A stretch of DNA of 13,070 nt from positions 1 to 13,070 of the forward strand of contig JBDRNJ010000066.1 in the NCBI GenBank assembly GCA_043811375.1, given 5' to 3'. The number at the start of each line of letters is the position of its first letter. Position 1 is the stretch's first letter. Source of the stretch: a bacterium. GTDB taxonomy: Bacteria > Zixibacteria > MSB-5A5 > GN15 > FEB-12. Of this stretch, positions 1 through 7,975 are shown piece by piece. The notes below the pieces were generated by a model. That model was not told where the DNA came from, ran no database searches, and saw nothing but the letters and a program-made list of their open reading frames with translations. A program made the position numbers and the translations under genes.

Positions 1-30
1 AAGGTGTTGCACTTCGTTTGTGAAGCTAGG
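1..30 (-). mobile_element. IS30-family element terminal inverted repeat (probable left end of a minus-strand copy that continues beyond the window start)
   Basis: Reverse complement of 5-30 (CCTAGCTTCACAAACGAAGTGCAACA) matches 12931-12956 (GGTGGATTCACATTTGAAGTGCAACA) at 19/26 positions, including an 11-bp core GAAGTGCAACA. The 12931-12956 copy abuts an IS30 transposase C-terminus. The exact boundary is uncertain by about 2 bp. Confidence 0.75.
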
Positions 31-137
31 GAATCCAGTAACCTATTGATATATATAGTTTCCTGCTTACGCAGGAATGACAGAAAAAGCAAGGTAGTAA
101 CATTCATGTCTTTCATTCGGTGTTTTTCAACACCCTG
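31..137. mobile_element. Right half of a MITE-like element: GAATCCAG remnant, spacer, REP-like hairpin arm (60-81), 15-bp TIR (123-137), then CTAA (138-141)
   Basis: 123-137 TTTTTCAACACCCTG is the exact reverse complement of 12861-12875. The reverse complement of 60-81 (GTCATTCCTGCGTAAGCAGGAA) matches 12909-12930 at 21/22 positions. Confidence 0.75.
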
Positions 138-181
138 CTAAAGGTTTTATACCATTTCACTTTCATCAGTACAGAATTGTT

Positions 182-251
182 GTGGTCAGCGTACGTCCTC
201 GTGCGCCGACTTCTCTCTGGGACGCGGCAGACGAGGACGTCCGCCGCGCAC
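182..251. repeat. Inverted pair of REP-like hairpins (REPIN-like) downstream of glmS
   Basis: 182-210 GTG-GTCAGCGTACG-TCCT-CGTGCGCCGAC (begins GTGG) on + and 225-251 GTGCGCGGCGGACG-TCCT-CGTCTGCCG on -. The shared core ACGTCCTCGTnnGCCG matches at 14/16, and each copy folds on itself. Confidence 0.6.
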
Positions 252-281
252 GAATACTTGATTAATGAATGTAACTTAGTA

Positions 282-2108
282 TTATTCCACCGTTACCGAC
301 TTGGCCAGGTTCCGGGGCTGATCCACCGGGCAGCCACGCATGACCGCAATATGGTAGGCCAGCAATTGCAGGGGGATAATCGACAGCAGCGGTGTCAGCA
401 GTCGAAATGTCCTGGGAATATAAATGACATGATTGACGCGGTCGGCAATCTCGGTGTCGCCCTCGCTGGCGATCGCGATCACCTTTCCGTTGCGTGCTCG
501 TACTTCAGCTATGTTGGACATGACCTTGTCATAGACGGAATCTTTCAGAGCAATTACTACCACCGGCATGTTTTCGTCGATAAGAGCAATCGGGCCATGT
601 TTCATCTCGGCCGCCGGATACCCCTCGGCGTGGATATAGGAGATTTCCTTGAGCTTGAGAGCGCCCTCCAGCGCCACCGGAAAGTTGATGCCGCGCCCCA
701 GGTAAAGGAAATTGTTGGCCCGGTAATACTGGGCTGCGATTTCACGTATCTGTTCTTCAGCTTTCAGAATCGTATCCACCTGGTCGGGGATATTCTGAAT
801 AAAATCCAGAATCTCCTGGCCCTGCTGCACCGACAGGGTGCGCATACGTCCCAGTAATGTGGCTACCATTGACAAAACCATAACCTGAGATGTAAACGCC
901 TTGGTGGAAGCTACGCCGATTTCTGGTCCGGCATGGATATAAACGCCGCCGTTGGTTTCACGGGCTATGGTCGAACCGACAACGTTGACCAGGCCGAGCG
1001 TCGTGACGCCGTGTTTCTGTGCCTCCCGCAGCGCCGCCCGGGTGTCGGCCGTTTCACCCGACTGACTGATAGCAAAGAGTACCGTAGAGTCATCGAACAC
1101 CGGCAGACGGTAACGGAACTCGGAGGCGTACTCCACCTCCACCGATACCCGCGCCAGTTCCTCTATGATATACTCACCGATCAGGGCGGCGTGCCAGGAT
1201 GTGCCGCAGGCGGTGATGATTACCCTTTTTATATCACGTAATTCGTCGTGCTGAAGATTCAGCCCGCCCAGACGAGGGATGCCCTCTTCGTAGTTCAGGC
1301 GGCCACGGAAGGCGTTGAACAGCGTGGTGGGTTGCTCGTGAATCTCCTTGAGCATGAAGTGTTCGTAGCCCTCTTTCTCGATCTGGTCAAGAGTCCAGCT
1401 TATCTCCTGTATCTGGTGCGTGATCTTCACGTTCTGAATGGTGGTAATGTTGTAATCGTCGGACGTGATAGTCGCGATCTCACCATCCTCCAGGTACACT
1501 ACCCGGTTGGTATGTTCCAGCATGGCGGAAACATCGGAGGCGACAAAGTTTTCGCCGTCGCCGTCACCTATCACCAGCGGCGAGCCCATGCGGGCCACCA
1601 CCAACATGCCCGGGTGCAGGGACGAAATGACGGCAATGCCGTAGGTCCCGTCGACCTGGGTGAGTGCCACCCGAACCGCTTCCGTTAAAGAACCCTTGTA
1701 GTTAAAACGAATCAGGTGTACCAGGATTTCGGTATCGGTCTCGGTCTTGACATCAAATCCCTGGCGAATCAAGAACTCCCGCAGAGTCCGGTAGTTTTCG
1801 ATTATGCCGTTGTGAACCAGTGCAATTTCCCCTTTGTCGTCGGTGTGCGGATGAGCGTTGAGTTCAGTCGGTTCGCCATGGGTTGCCCAGCGGGTGTGGG
1901 CAATACCCTGGATGCAGTCGTAATCCTGATCACCCAGCGTCTCCTCCAGACGCACGATTTTTCCGGCAGATTTAGCCACCATCAGGCCACCCTCGGTCAA
2001 CAGTGCTATTCCGGCTGAATCATAGCCACGGTACTCAAGCCGCTTGAGACCGCTGATTAGCAGCGGCTGCGCCTTCCTGGAGCCGACATATCCGACAATA
2101 CCGCACAT
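282..2108 (-). CDS. glmS: Glutamine--fructose-6-phosphate aminotransferase (isomerizing)
   Basis: 608 aa. N-terminal MCGIVG catalytic Cys, EYRGYDSAG, HTRWATHG, SQSGETADT, and C-terminal PRNLAKSVTVE. Confidence 0.98.
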   Translation of the reverse strand: MCGIVGYVGSRKAQPLLISGLKRLEYRGYDSAGIALLTEGGLMVAKSAGKIVRLEETLGDQDYDCIQGIAHTRWATHGEPTELNAHPHTDDKGEIALVHNGIIENYRTLREFLIRQGFDVKTETDTEILVHLIRFNYKGSLTEAVRVALTQVDGTYGIAVISSLHPGMLVVARMGSPLVIGDGDGENFVASDVSAMLEHTNRVVYLEDGEIATITSDDYNITTIQNVKITHQIQEISWTLDQIEKEGYEHFMLKEIHEQPTTLFNAFRGRLNYEEGIPRLGGLNLQHDELRDIKRVIITACGTSWHAALIGEYIIEELARVSVEVEYASEFRYRLPVFDDSTVLFAISQSGETADTRAALREAQKHGVTTLGLVNVVGSTIARETNGGVYIHAGPEIGVASTKAFTSQVMVLSMVATLLGRMRTLSVQQGQEILDFIQNIPDQVDTILKAEEQIREIAAQYYRANNFLYLGRGINFPVALEGALKLKEISYIHAEGYPAAEMKHGPIALIDENMPVVVIALKDSVYDKVMSNIAEVRARNGKVIAIASEGDTEIADRVNHVIYIPRTFRLLTPLLSIIPLQLLAYHIAVMRGCPVDQPRNLAKSVTVE

Positions 2109-2125
2109 ACACTATATCCCTTCAA

Positions 2126-3484
2126 TCAGGTGAAATAGGCCATAACGTCCCGCGACAAACGGCGGGTTTTCCCGGGGTCACCAGTTTCAACAATCAACCG
2201 AAAAATAGGTTCGGTATTTGAGGTTCGGATCTGCACCCAGCCGTCGGCAAAATCAAAACGCCGACCGTCGCGTCGGTCAACCTTGATAGTACCCAGCAAC
2301 TTCCGCGCTTCGGCAGTGAACTTCTCAAGTTTACCGGAGAAGTCGCCGGGAAGAGCCGCCTTCGACTTCATGTTATAATACTTCGGCAGAGTTTCGACAA
2401 GTTGCAGTAGTGTCTTTTTTTCTTCGGCCAGCACCGACAGCGTCAGGGCGGCGGCGATGAGCGAATCACGACCGGCGTGAAAATCCGGATAGATGACTCC
2501 TCCGTTGCCCTCCCCGCCAATGATTGCCTTCCGAGATCGCATTGTCTGCACGACGTTGGCTTCTCCGACCAGCGAATAACAGACCCGAGACCCATAACGG
2601 CGGGCGACGTCAGCTGTGGCTTTTGACGTCGACAAATTGATGACGGTGACACCGGGAGTCTTTTTCAGCACCGCCATGACGGCGATAGTCAGGGTTAATT
2701 CCTCGCCGATCGGATGACCCCGATGATCCACCAGCGCCAGTCGGTCGGCATCGGGATCGCAGGCCAGACCGAGATCGGCCCGGTGACGGCGTACCGCCCG
2801 GCCAAGCTGCACCAGGTTCTTCGGCACCGGTTCCGGTTGATGGACAAAGCGACCATCGCCGCTACAGTTGATTTCATGAACCTGCACGCCCAACTTTCGC
2901 AGTAACAACGGCAATGCCACCGAGCCGGCGCCGTTGACGGCATCAACGACGACTTTGAACCGGCGTCTGCGTATGGCCGCCCGGTTGACGGTCTTCACCG
3001 CCAGAGTCCGTTTGACGTGCTCCTCGATCCAGTGAGTCTGACAATCGGTGCTCCCCAACTTTTCGTGTGACTTGAACGCCAGACGTTCGGAGTCGAAGAT
3101 TTTCTCCAGTCGCTTAAACTGCGCCGGAGTAATAAACTCTCCGCGACTGTTAAAGAACTTCAGGGCATTCCATTCAGCCGGATTATGCGACGCCGTCACG
3201 CAGATACCGCCGGCAGCCTTGAGCTGTTTGACGGCTATCTCTACGGTCGGTGTCGGCACCACTCCGATATCGACAACATCGATCCCCACCGATGCCAGAC
3301 CGGAAATTACCGCCGGCACCAGTATTTCACCGGAGGGACGACTGTCACGACCGACCACCGCCCTGCCTTTCTTAAGCAGGGTGCCGAACGCCGCCCCATA
3401 GCGGCCGACCAGCAGCGGGTCGATACCTCGACCGATAATGCCGCGGATACCGGATGTTGATTTTATCAGATACTGTCGAGCCAT
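2126..3484 (-). CDS. glmM: Phosphoglucosamine mutase (alpha-D-phosphohexomutase family)
   Basis: TASHNP phosphoserine loop, DPDADR metal loop and GEGNGG. Ends 17 bp upstream of glmS. Start moved to ATG 3484 (MARQY...) because AGGT lies 7 nt upstream. GlmM versus PMM/PGM specificity is inferred from gene context. Confidence 0.88.
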   Translation of the reverse strand: MARQYLIKSTSGIRGIIGRGIDPLLVGRYGAAFGTLLKKGRAVVGRDSRPSGEILVPAVISGLASVGIDVVDIGVVPTPTVEIAVKQLKAAGGICVTASHNPAEWNALKFFNSRGEFITPAQFKRLEKIFDSERLAFKSHEKLGSTDCQTHWIEEHVKRTLAVKTVNRAAIRRRRFKVVVDAVNGAGSVALPLLLRKLGVQVHEINCSGDGRFVHQPEPVPKNLVQLGRAVRRHRADLGLACDPDADRLALVDHRGHPIGEELTLTIAVMAVLKKTPGVTVINLSTSKATADVARRYGSRVCYSLVGEANVVQTMRSRKAIIGGEGNGGVIYPDFHAGRDSLIAAALTLSVLAEEKKTLLQLVETLPKYYNMKSKAALPGDFSGKLEKFTAEARKLLGTIKVDRRDGRRFDFADGWVQIRTSNTEPIFRLIVETGDPGKTRRLSRDVMAYFT

Positions 3485-3526
3485 TCTATTTACCTGTATC
3501 GAGCGCCGCACCAATTGTCTGCAGGT

Positions 3527-3556
3527 ATGATAACACCAACCGGGTCAACAATTCAA
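3527..3556 (-). promoter_or_regulatory. Candidate sigma70 promoter for glmM-glmS
   Basis: Minus strand TTGAAT-18 bp-TATCAT, with a TGn extension before the -10. Confidence 0.45.
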
Positions 3557-3603
3557 GTACTGCTCGATAATTTTATGGCACCCCGCAGTCCAGTCGGAAT
3601 GGA

Positions 3604-3632
3604 TTGACGCTCCGGAGTGATTTGGCTAACTT
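3604..3632 (+). promoter_or_regulatory. Candidate sigma70 promoter for the glyA operon
   Basis: TTGACG (3604-3609)-17 bp-TAACTT (3627-3632). GGAG RBS at 3657-3660. Confidence 0.55.
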
Positions 3633-3667
3633 ACCCTCACAACCAGTAACAAAAACGGAGTGAATCT

Positions 3668-4924
3668 ATGTCATATCTAAAGCAGGTCGACCCTGAAATA
3701 TACAGCGCTATGGTTGGTGAAACCGACCGCCAGTCAGTCAAGTTGGAGTTGATCGCATCGGAAAACTTTGTGTCCGAGGCGGTTCTCGAAGCGGCTGGTG
3801 GCATCATGACCAACAAGTACGCCGAGGGCTACCCCGGCAAACGGTATTACGGCGGTTGCGAATTCGTTGATATCGCCGAGGACCTGGCCCGCGACCGGCT
3901 GAAACAACTGTTCGGTTGCGAACATGCCAACGTCCAGCCGCATAGCGGCTCCCAGGCCAATATGGCGGTCTATTTTACCGTCCTCAAGCCCGGAGATAAA
4001 GTGATGGGGCTCGACCTGTCGCATGGTGGCCACCTAACACACGGCCACCCGATCAATTTCTCCGGCATGTTGTACGATTTCGAGGGGTACCAGGTCGACC
4101 GGGAAACGGAAGTGATAAACTATGACCGCCTTATCGAGCAAGCCAAACAGGTGCAGCCGAAGATGATAGTCGCCGGCGCCTCGGCTTACCCACGAACACT
4201 GGACTTCGAGAAAATCCGCCGGGCCTGCGACGTCTGTGATGCCTACATGATGGTTGATATCGCTCATATCGCCGGTCTGATCGCCGCCGAGCTGCACCCC
4301 TCCCCTATCCCCTACGCCGACTTCGTGACTTCCACCACCCACAAAACCCTGCGCGGACCGCGAGGCGGGGTGGTCATGTGCAAAGAAAAGTACGCCGCCG
4401 ATCTCGACCGCACCGTCATGCCCGGTATTCAGGGCGGACCGCTGATGCACGTCATCGCCGCCAAGGCAGTCGCCTTCAAGGAAGCGCTCACCGATGAGTT
4501 CCGCCAGTACCAGAAACGGATTATAGACAACGCCAAAACTCTGTCCGAAGCTCTCAAGAACTACGGCTACCATATCGTTTCCGGCGGCACCGACACACAC
4601 CTGATGCTGGTTTCCTTCATCGACGTACCCAAAGTGACCGGCAAGAAAGTCGAGAAGGCGCTGGACAAGGCCGGGATCACCGTCAACAAGAACACCGTTC
4701 CGTTTGATCCGGAGAAACCGTTTGTCACTTCCGGTATCCGTATCGGCACCCCGGCCATCACCACTCGCGGCATGGGCACCTCCGAGATGCCGGTTATCGC
4801 CGAGCTTATCCACCGTGCCATCCAGAACCGCCGCAAGGACGAAGTGCTGGCTGAAATCGCCGGGGAAGTCGCCACCCTGTGTGAGAGATTTCCACTTTAT
4901 CCCGATCACCCCAGGAAGGTTTGA
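3668..4924 (+). CDS. glyA: Serine hydroxymethyltransferase
   Basis: 418 aa. [41 protein letters not shown] (PLP lysine) and SGIRIGTPA. Confidence 0.98.
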   Translation: MSYLKQVDPEIYSAMVGETDRQSVKLELIASENFVSEAVLEAAGGIMTNKYAEGYPGKRYYGGCEFVDIAEDLARDRLKQLFGCEHANVQPHSGSQANMAVYFTVLKPGDKVMGLDLSHGGHLTHGHPINFSGMLYDFEGYQVDRETEVINYDRLIEQAKQVQPKMIVAGASAYPRTLDFEKIRRACDVCDAYMMVDIAHIAGLIAAELHPSPIPYADFVTSTTHKTLRGPRGGVVMCKEKYAADLDRTVMPGIQGGPLMHVIAAKAVAFKEALTDEFRQYQKRIIDNAKTLSEALKNYGYHIVSGGTDTHLMLVSFIDVPKVTGKKVEKALDKAGITVNKNTVPFDPEKPFVTSGIRIGTPAITTRGMGTSEMPVIAELIHRAIQNRRKDEVLAEIAGEVATLCERFPLYPDHPRKV

Positions 4925-4926
4925 TC

Positions 4927-5235
4927 ATGTTAGTCCAGGTAGCGATATTCCCCACCGGCACACGGTCCGCGTCGATCTCGGCCGACGTCTCCAAAGTGAT
5001 CGACATCATCGATAAGTCCGGCCTGCCGTACAAATTGTCGGCCATGTCGACCATTATCGAGGGTAACTGGGACCGGGTAATGAAAGTCATCAACAAGGCG
5101 CGCCTGATGTTGCGTCGGCGGCACAGCCGGGTTTACATAGTGATTACCATCGATGACCGCAAGGGCGCCCGCAACCGCCTGACCGGCAAAGTCAAATCAA
5201 TCGAAAAACGACTCCGACGAGAGGTGAACAAATAG
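4927..5235 (+). CDS. MTH1187/YkoF-family thiamine-binding-like protein
   Basis: About 102 aa with family-typical segments (FPTG..S.S..V...IDII..SGL.Y.L..M.T.IEG.W; RVYIVITIDDR). ATG 2 bp after the glyA stop, with AGGAAGG upstream. Confidence 0.85.
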   Translation: MLVQVAIFPTGTRSASISADVSKVIDIIDKSGLPYKLSAMSTIIEGNWDRVMKVINKARLMLRRRHSRVYIVITIDDRKGARNRLTGKVKSIEKRLRREVNK

Positions 5236-5237
5236 TT

Positions 5238-5345
5238 GTGGGGTATGTCTCCTCGAGACCTGCCGGGCGGCAAGCCAAAGGCAAACCGCTCTATTCTGTA
5301 GATTGGGTTCTGCCGTCCCGCGCAGCGGGACAAAAAACCCGACAC
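5238..5345 (+). repeat. Two tandem REP-like hairpins (GTGG-type and GTAG-type)
   Basis: 5238-5264 GTGG-GGTATGTCTC-CTC-GAGACCTGCC (imperfect stem). 5298-5343 GTAG-ATTGGGTT...GTCCCGC-GCA-GCGGGAC...AACCCGAC (perfect 7-bp inner stem plus an outer stem). Confidence 0.45.
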
Positions 5346-5366
5346 TTGACATAAAAGGAGAAAATC

Positions 5367-5684
5367 ATGGAAGATATCCGGGTTGTCTTCATATCGGTAC
5401 CGTGTGAGGAAGCCAACAATCTGGCCAAAGGGATGCTCAACGAACGTCTGGCCGCCTGTGTCAACATCGTGCCTAAAATCGAATCCTGGTACTGGTGGGA
5501 TGACAAAATCGAGCATGATAACGAGGCTATGCTGATCGTCAAGACCACGCAGCAACGTTTTGACGCTCTGCGTGAATGGGTAGTCGTCAACCACCCTTAC
5601 GGACTACCGGAGATAATCGCCCTGCCTATCTCCGAAGGCCTCCCCCAATACCTCGCCTGGGTGAAAAAGGAAACCGAGGGGTAG
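5367..5684 (+). CDS. cutA: Divalent-cation tolerance protein CutA
   Basis: 105 aa. LAACVNI.P.I.S.Y.W, E..LIVKT and HPY.LPEII.LP motifs. AAGGAG RBS. Confidence 0.95.
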   Translation: MEDIRVVFISVPCEEANNLAKGMLNERLAACVNIVPKIESWYWWDDKIEHDNEAMLIVKTTQQRFDALREWVVVNHPYGLPEIIALPISEGLPQYLAWVKKETEG

Positions 5685-5695
5685 GGGGGCATACA

Positions 5696-6763
5696 ATGGC
5701 TCGAAAAAAGCAGCGAAGAGAAAAACGAAGGAGGCCTATGCCTACACAGAAAAAGGGTAAATGGCGTAGAAGAGCTGAGATCACGGCACTTGCCTTGGGA
5801 ATCCCAGCGTCGATTTTCGGAATTGTCATGTTCGTATCCTGGATGATGGACCAAAATGAGCTAAAACAGCAGAATAGGATGCTCACGGAGCTTTTAAACA
5901 GAGTTTTCAGAGATCAGGCACTAACTAGAGCCGAACAGATAGAGGGATTGAAACCAGGCGAACTCTATAAGAACGTCAACAGAATTCTCGTACGAATCGA
6001 CGAAAATGATATACCGGATTCCCCTAAGAACTTTGACACCTTGCATAAATATGTGAGGCGGCATATCGAGGCTGGCGGAGACCTCAGTGGGACCACTCTG
6101 CTGAAAATGGGCAATGTGTGGATCAACAGAGGCAGAATCGACGAAGCAATGTTCTACTACACGGCAGCGGTTGACGGCGGTCGGTTGACAGGCGAACCAG
6201 CAGCCCTAGCCATTGCGTTCCATAACCTTGCGTATGCTAGCTTCATAAAAAAACGCTTGAAAGATGCCGAGAAGTGGTGCAACGAGGCAATTAAAGTATC
6301 CGAAAGAAACGATGACAGTTGTCTCCTTGCCTCCACATGGAACATGATGGGGATAGTGCTGGGCGAGAGAGGAGTCCCACACTTGCGAGACAGTGCCGCG
6401 GTCTTGCTTCATCGGGCTGTCACAGTCGCAAGGCTCTGCCACGATTCTTCACTGTATGCCCAAGCATACGCGAATCTAGCTGTCGTGCATCTGAAGCAAC
6501 ATCGTGCGGATAGTGCTGTCAGCTACTATTTGCAGGCACTCCCGGTATACCAGTCAATCGAGGATGGTGGCGGAGAAGGAAAAACATACGAGGGACTTGC
6601 ACTTGTTTACGAGTCGCAAGATAGTATCTCACAAGCCCTGTACTGTTGGGATAAGGCTATGCACGTATATCGTCTCAATGGCTTCGAAGAAGATGGCAAC
6701 CGGGCACACCTGAGACTCTTTGAACTTAAGAAGAAGATCGGCTATTACCCTGATTTGCGCTGA
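5696..6763 (+). CDS. Membrane-anchored tetratricopeptide-repeat protein
   Basis: Very basic N-terminus, one hydrophobic helix (ITALALGIPASIFGIVMFVSWMM), then about 5 TPR-like units (AIAFHNLA, ASTWNMMG, AQAYANLA, GKTYEGLA). Start set at ATG 5696, after the cutA stop. ATG 5738 is an alternative. Confidence 0.75.
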   Translation: MARKKQRREKRRRPMPTQKKGKWRRRAEITALALGIPASIFGIVMFVSWMMDQNELKQQNRMLTELLNRVFRDQALTRAEQIEGLKPGELYKNVNRILVRIDENDIPDSPKNFDTLHKYVRRHIEAGGDLSGTTLLKMGNVWINRGRIDEAMFYYTAAVDGGRLTGEPAALAIAFHNLAYASFIKKRLKDAEKWCNEAIKVSERNDDSCLLASTWNMMGIVLGERGVPHLRDSAAVLLHRAVTVARLCHDSSLYAQAYANLAVVHLKQHRADSAVSYYLQALPVYQSIEDGGGEGKTYEGLALVYESQDSISQALYCWDKAMHVYRLNGFEEDGNRAHLRLFELKKKIGYYPDLR

Positions 6764-6784
6764 ATCACCTTTGTTTGAAGTTTT

Positions 6785-6811
6785 GTAGGTCGAAACCCCT
6801 GCGGTTTCGAC
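6785..6811 (+). repeat. GTAG-type REP-like hairpin between convergent genes
   Basis: GTAG-GTCGAAACC-CCTGC-GGTTTCGAC, a perfect 9-bp stem. A second, inverted copy lies at 7840-7866. Confidence 0.7.
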
Positions 6812-6824
6812 AGCAGCAAGCCAC

Positions 6825-7811
6825 TCACGCGAAACAGGTGAAATCCATATCGATTATCGGCGTCCGATTCTCTATTGATTCCCGCCGACCCTGCATGAAA
6901 CGTTCGCTCCACGGATTAAGATCGTCAATACCCTCTTTGTGCAACAGAATGTAGAGTATCAATTCACGCAGTTTCAGAAAATCCTGAAAGTGGTTCAGCC
7001 ACTGTGAGTCAAAACTGTTCTCTCGACCGTAACCTTCCAGCAGGCAGGACAAAAAACGTCGGGCGAAATCTGTTGTACCGCCTGACTTTGAGTCACGGTG
7101 GGCATAAAACAACGCCACCGCCAGATCGTCGGCAAACCAGTGGTAGTGACAATCAACGAAATCAAAAACGGTGATTGAGCCGTTGTGGACAACGAAGTTG
7201 CCGTGATGGACGTCTTCATGCACCAGCCCGTAACTGTCATTGTCGGTTGGCAGCACCCGCAGGCGATCCATTAGCTGATCGAAGCGGTCTCTGACCAGAA
7301 TCTGATCGGCGGGGAGGTGACGGTCGACTTTGAGATCTTCGTCTTTGTGCCACTGCTGTCGCCGGTACGAGGGATCAGCCGGTCGGTAGCTTTTCGTCAG
7401 GGCGTGCATGCGACCGATTACCTGACCCCAGGCTGCAAACAGACTGTCATTCCAGTCTTCTTCCCCGGGGTGATGCCCCCTGGCTTTCTCGAATGCGTAA
7501 GCGAGGAACCGGCCACTGTCAGCCTCGATCTCCTCGACGAAGTTGCCGGTTTCCGACGGCACCGCCCGTGCCACTGCCGCGCCGCCATCGGAGAGATGGT
7601 TGACAAAATCAAGTTCGCCCATTATGTACGCTGCTGTGCGGCGCAGGGTATGGGTTATCTTGAGGATATACTCCTGCCCGTTCTTTTCGTATTCGTAGAC
7701 ATAGCTTTCAAAGCTGCCCAGCTTCTTGATTTTATCCGGCGCGATACCGAAGCGTTTCATTGCATCGCCCAGGATGCGATCATTGTAGAGTTGTTGAATG
7801 GCTTTAATCAT
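6825..7811 (-). CDS. APH/choline-kinase-superfamily phosphotransferase, AmiN/YerI-like
   Basis: 328 aa. Brenner-type motif GLVHEDVHHGNF and FDFVDC. ILKITHTLRR, EKA.GH, DWND.LF, GRMH.LTKSY and RQ.W segments resemble Bacillus AmiN/YerI as recalled. Confidence 0.8.
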   Translation of the reverse strand: MIKAIQQLYNDRILGDAMKRFGIAPDKIKKLGSFESYVYEYEKNGQEYILKITHTLRRTAAYIMGELDFVNHLSDGGAAVARAVPSETGNFVEEIEADSGRFLAYAFEKARGHHPGEEDWNDSLFAAWGQVIGRMHALTKSYRPADPSYRRQQWHKDEDLKVDRHLPADQILVRDRFDQLMDRLRVLPTDNDSYGLVHEDVHHGNFVVHNGSITVFDFVDCHYHWFADDLAVALFYAHRDSKSGGTTDFARRFLSCLLEGYGRENSFDSQWLNHFQDFLKLRELILYILLHKEGIDDLNPWSERFMQGRRESIENRTPIIDMDFTCFA

Positions 7812-7839
7812 AGTGTCGCACTTATCTCACTCGAAAGAT

Positions 7840-7866
7840 GTCAAAGCCGCAGGGGTTTTGATCTAT
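7840..7866 (-). repeat. Second, inverted copy of the 6785-6811 REP-like hairpin
   Basis: Minus strand ATAGATCAAAACCCCTGCGGCTTTGAC matches GTAGGTCGAAACCCCTGCGGTTTCGAC at 22/27 positions. The CCTGC loop is identical and there is one compensatory G-C to A-T change in the stem. Confidence 0.65.
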
Positions 7867-7975
7867 AACTGCAAGGCCCCCCGATAATTGTCTTACAGGT
7901 AAAAGCGAACAGTTCATCGTACACGTGTCGAGTTTCTCGCAAGGGTGGCAATGCCAAACCCGAATGTGTCCCCCC

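Noticed and set aside
3..23. Plus-strand GVALRL* resembling the end of some IS30 transposases
   Set aside because: It may only reflect the symmetry of the inverted repeat, since the clear transposase C-terminus is at the other edge on the minus strand. With only 30 bp visible, a different plus-strand IS30 cannot be fully excluded.
120..2018. Plus-strand ORFs 120-857, 933-1241, 1248-1688 and 1716-2018
   Set aside because: Antisense shadows of glmS with no recognisable motifs.
2109..2125. glmS ribozyme upstream of glmS
   Set aside because: Only 17 bp separate glmM and glmS, and no ribozyme core was recognised upstream of glmM.
3485..3514. N-terminal extension of glmM from TTG 3514
   Set aside because: No RBS, it falls within the predicted 5' leader, and ATG 3484 fits the family start better.
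3515..3667. ZTP, THF or glycine riboswitch upstream of glyA
   Set aside because: The candidate promoter leaves a leader of only about 30 nt, and no aptamer consensus is visible.
5279..5335. c-di-GMP-I riboswitch suggested by GGCAAACC
   Set aside because: The GNRA-capped P2 and the downstream GACGCAAA element are missing. The hairpins fit REP-like repeats better.
5576..5695. Longer start for the TPR ORF
   Set aside because: It overlaps cutA by 109 bp. ATG 5696 or 5738 is more plausible.
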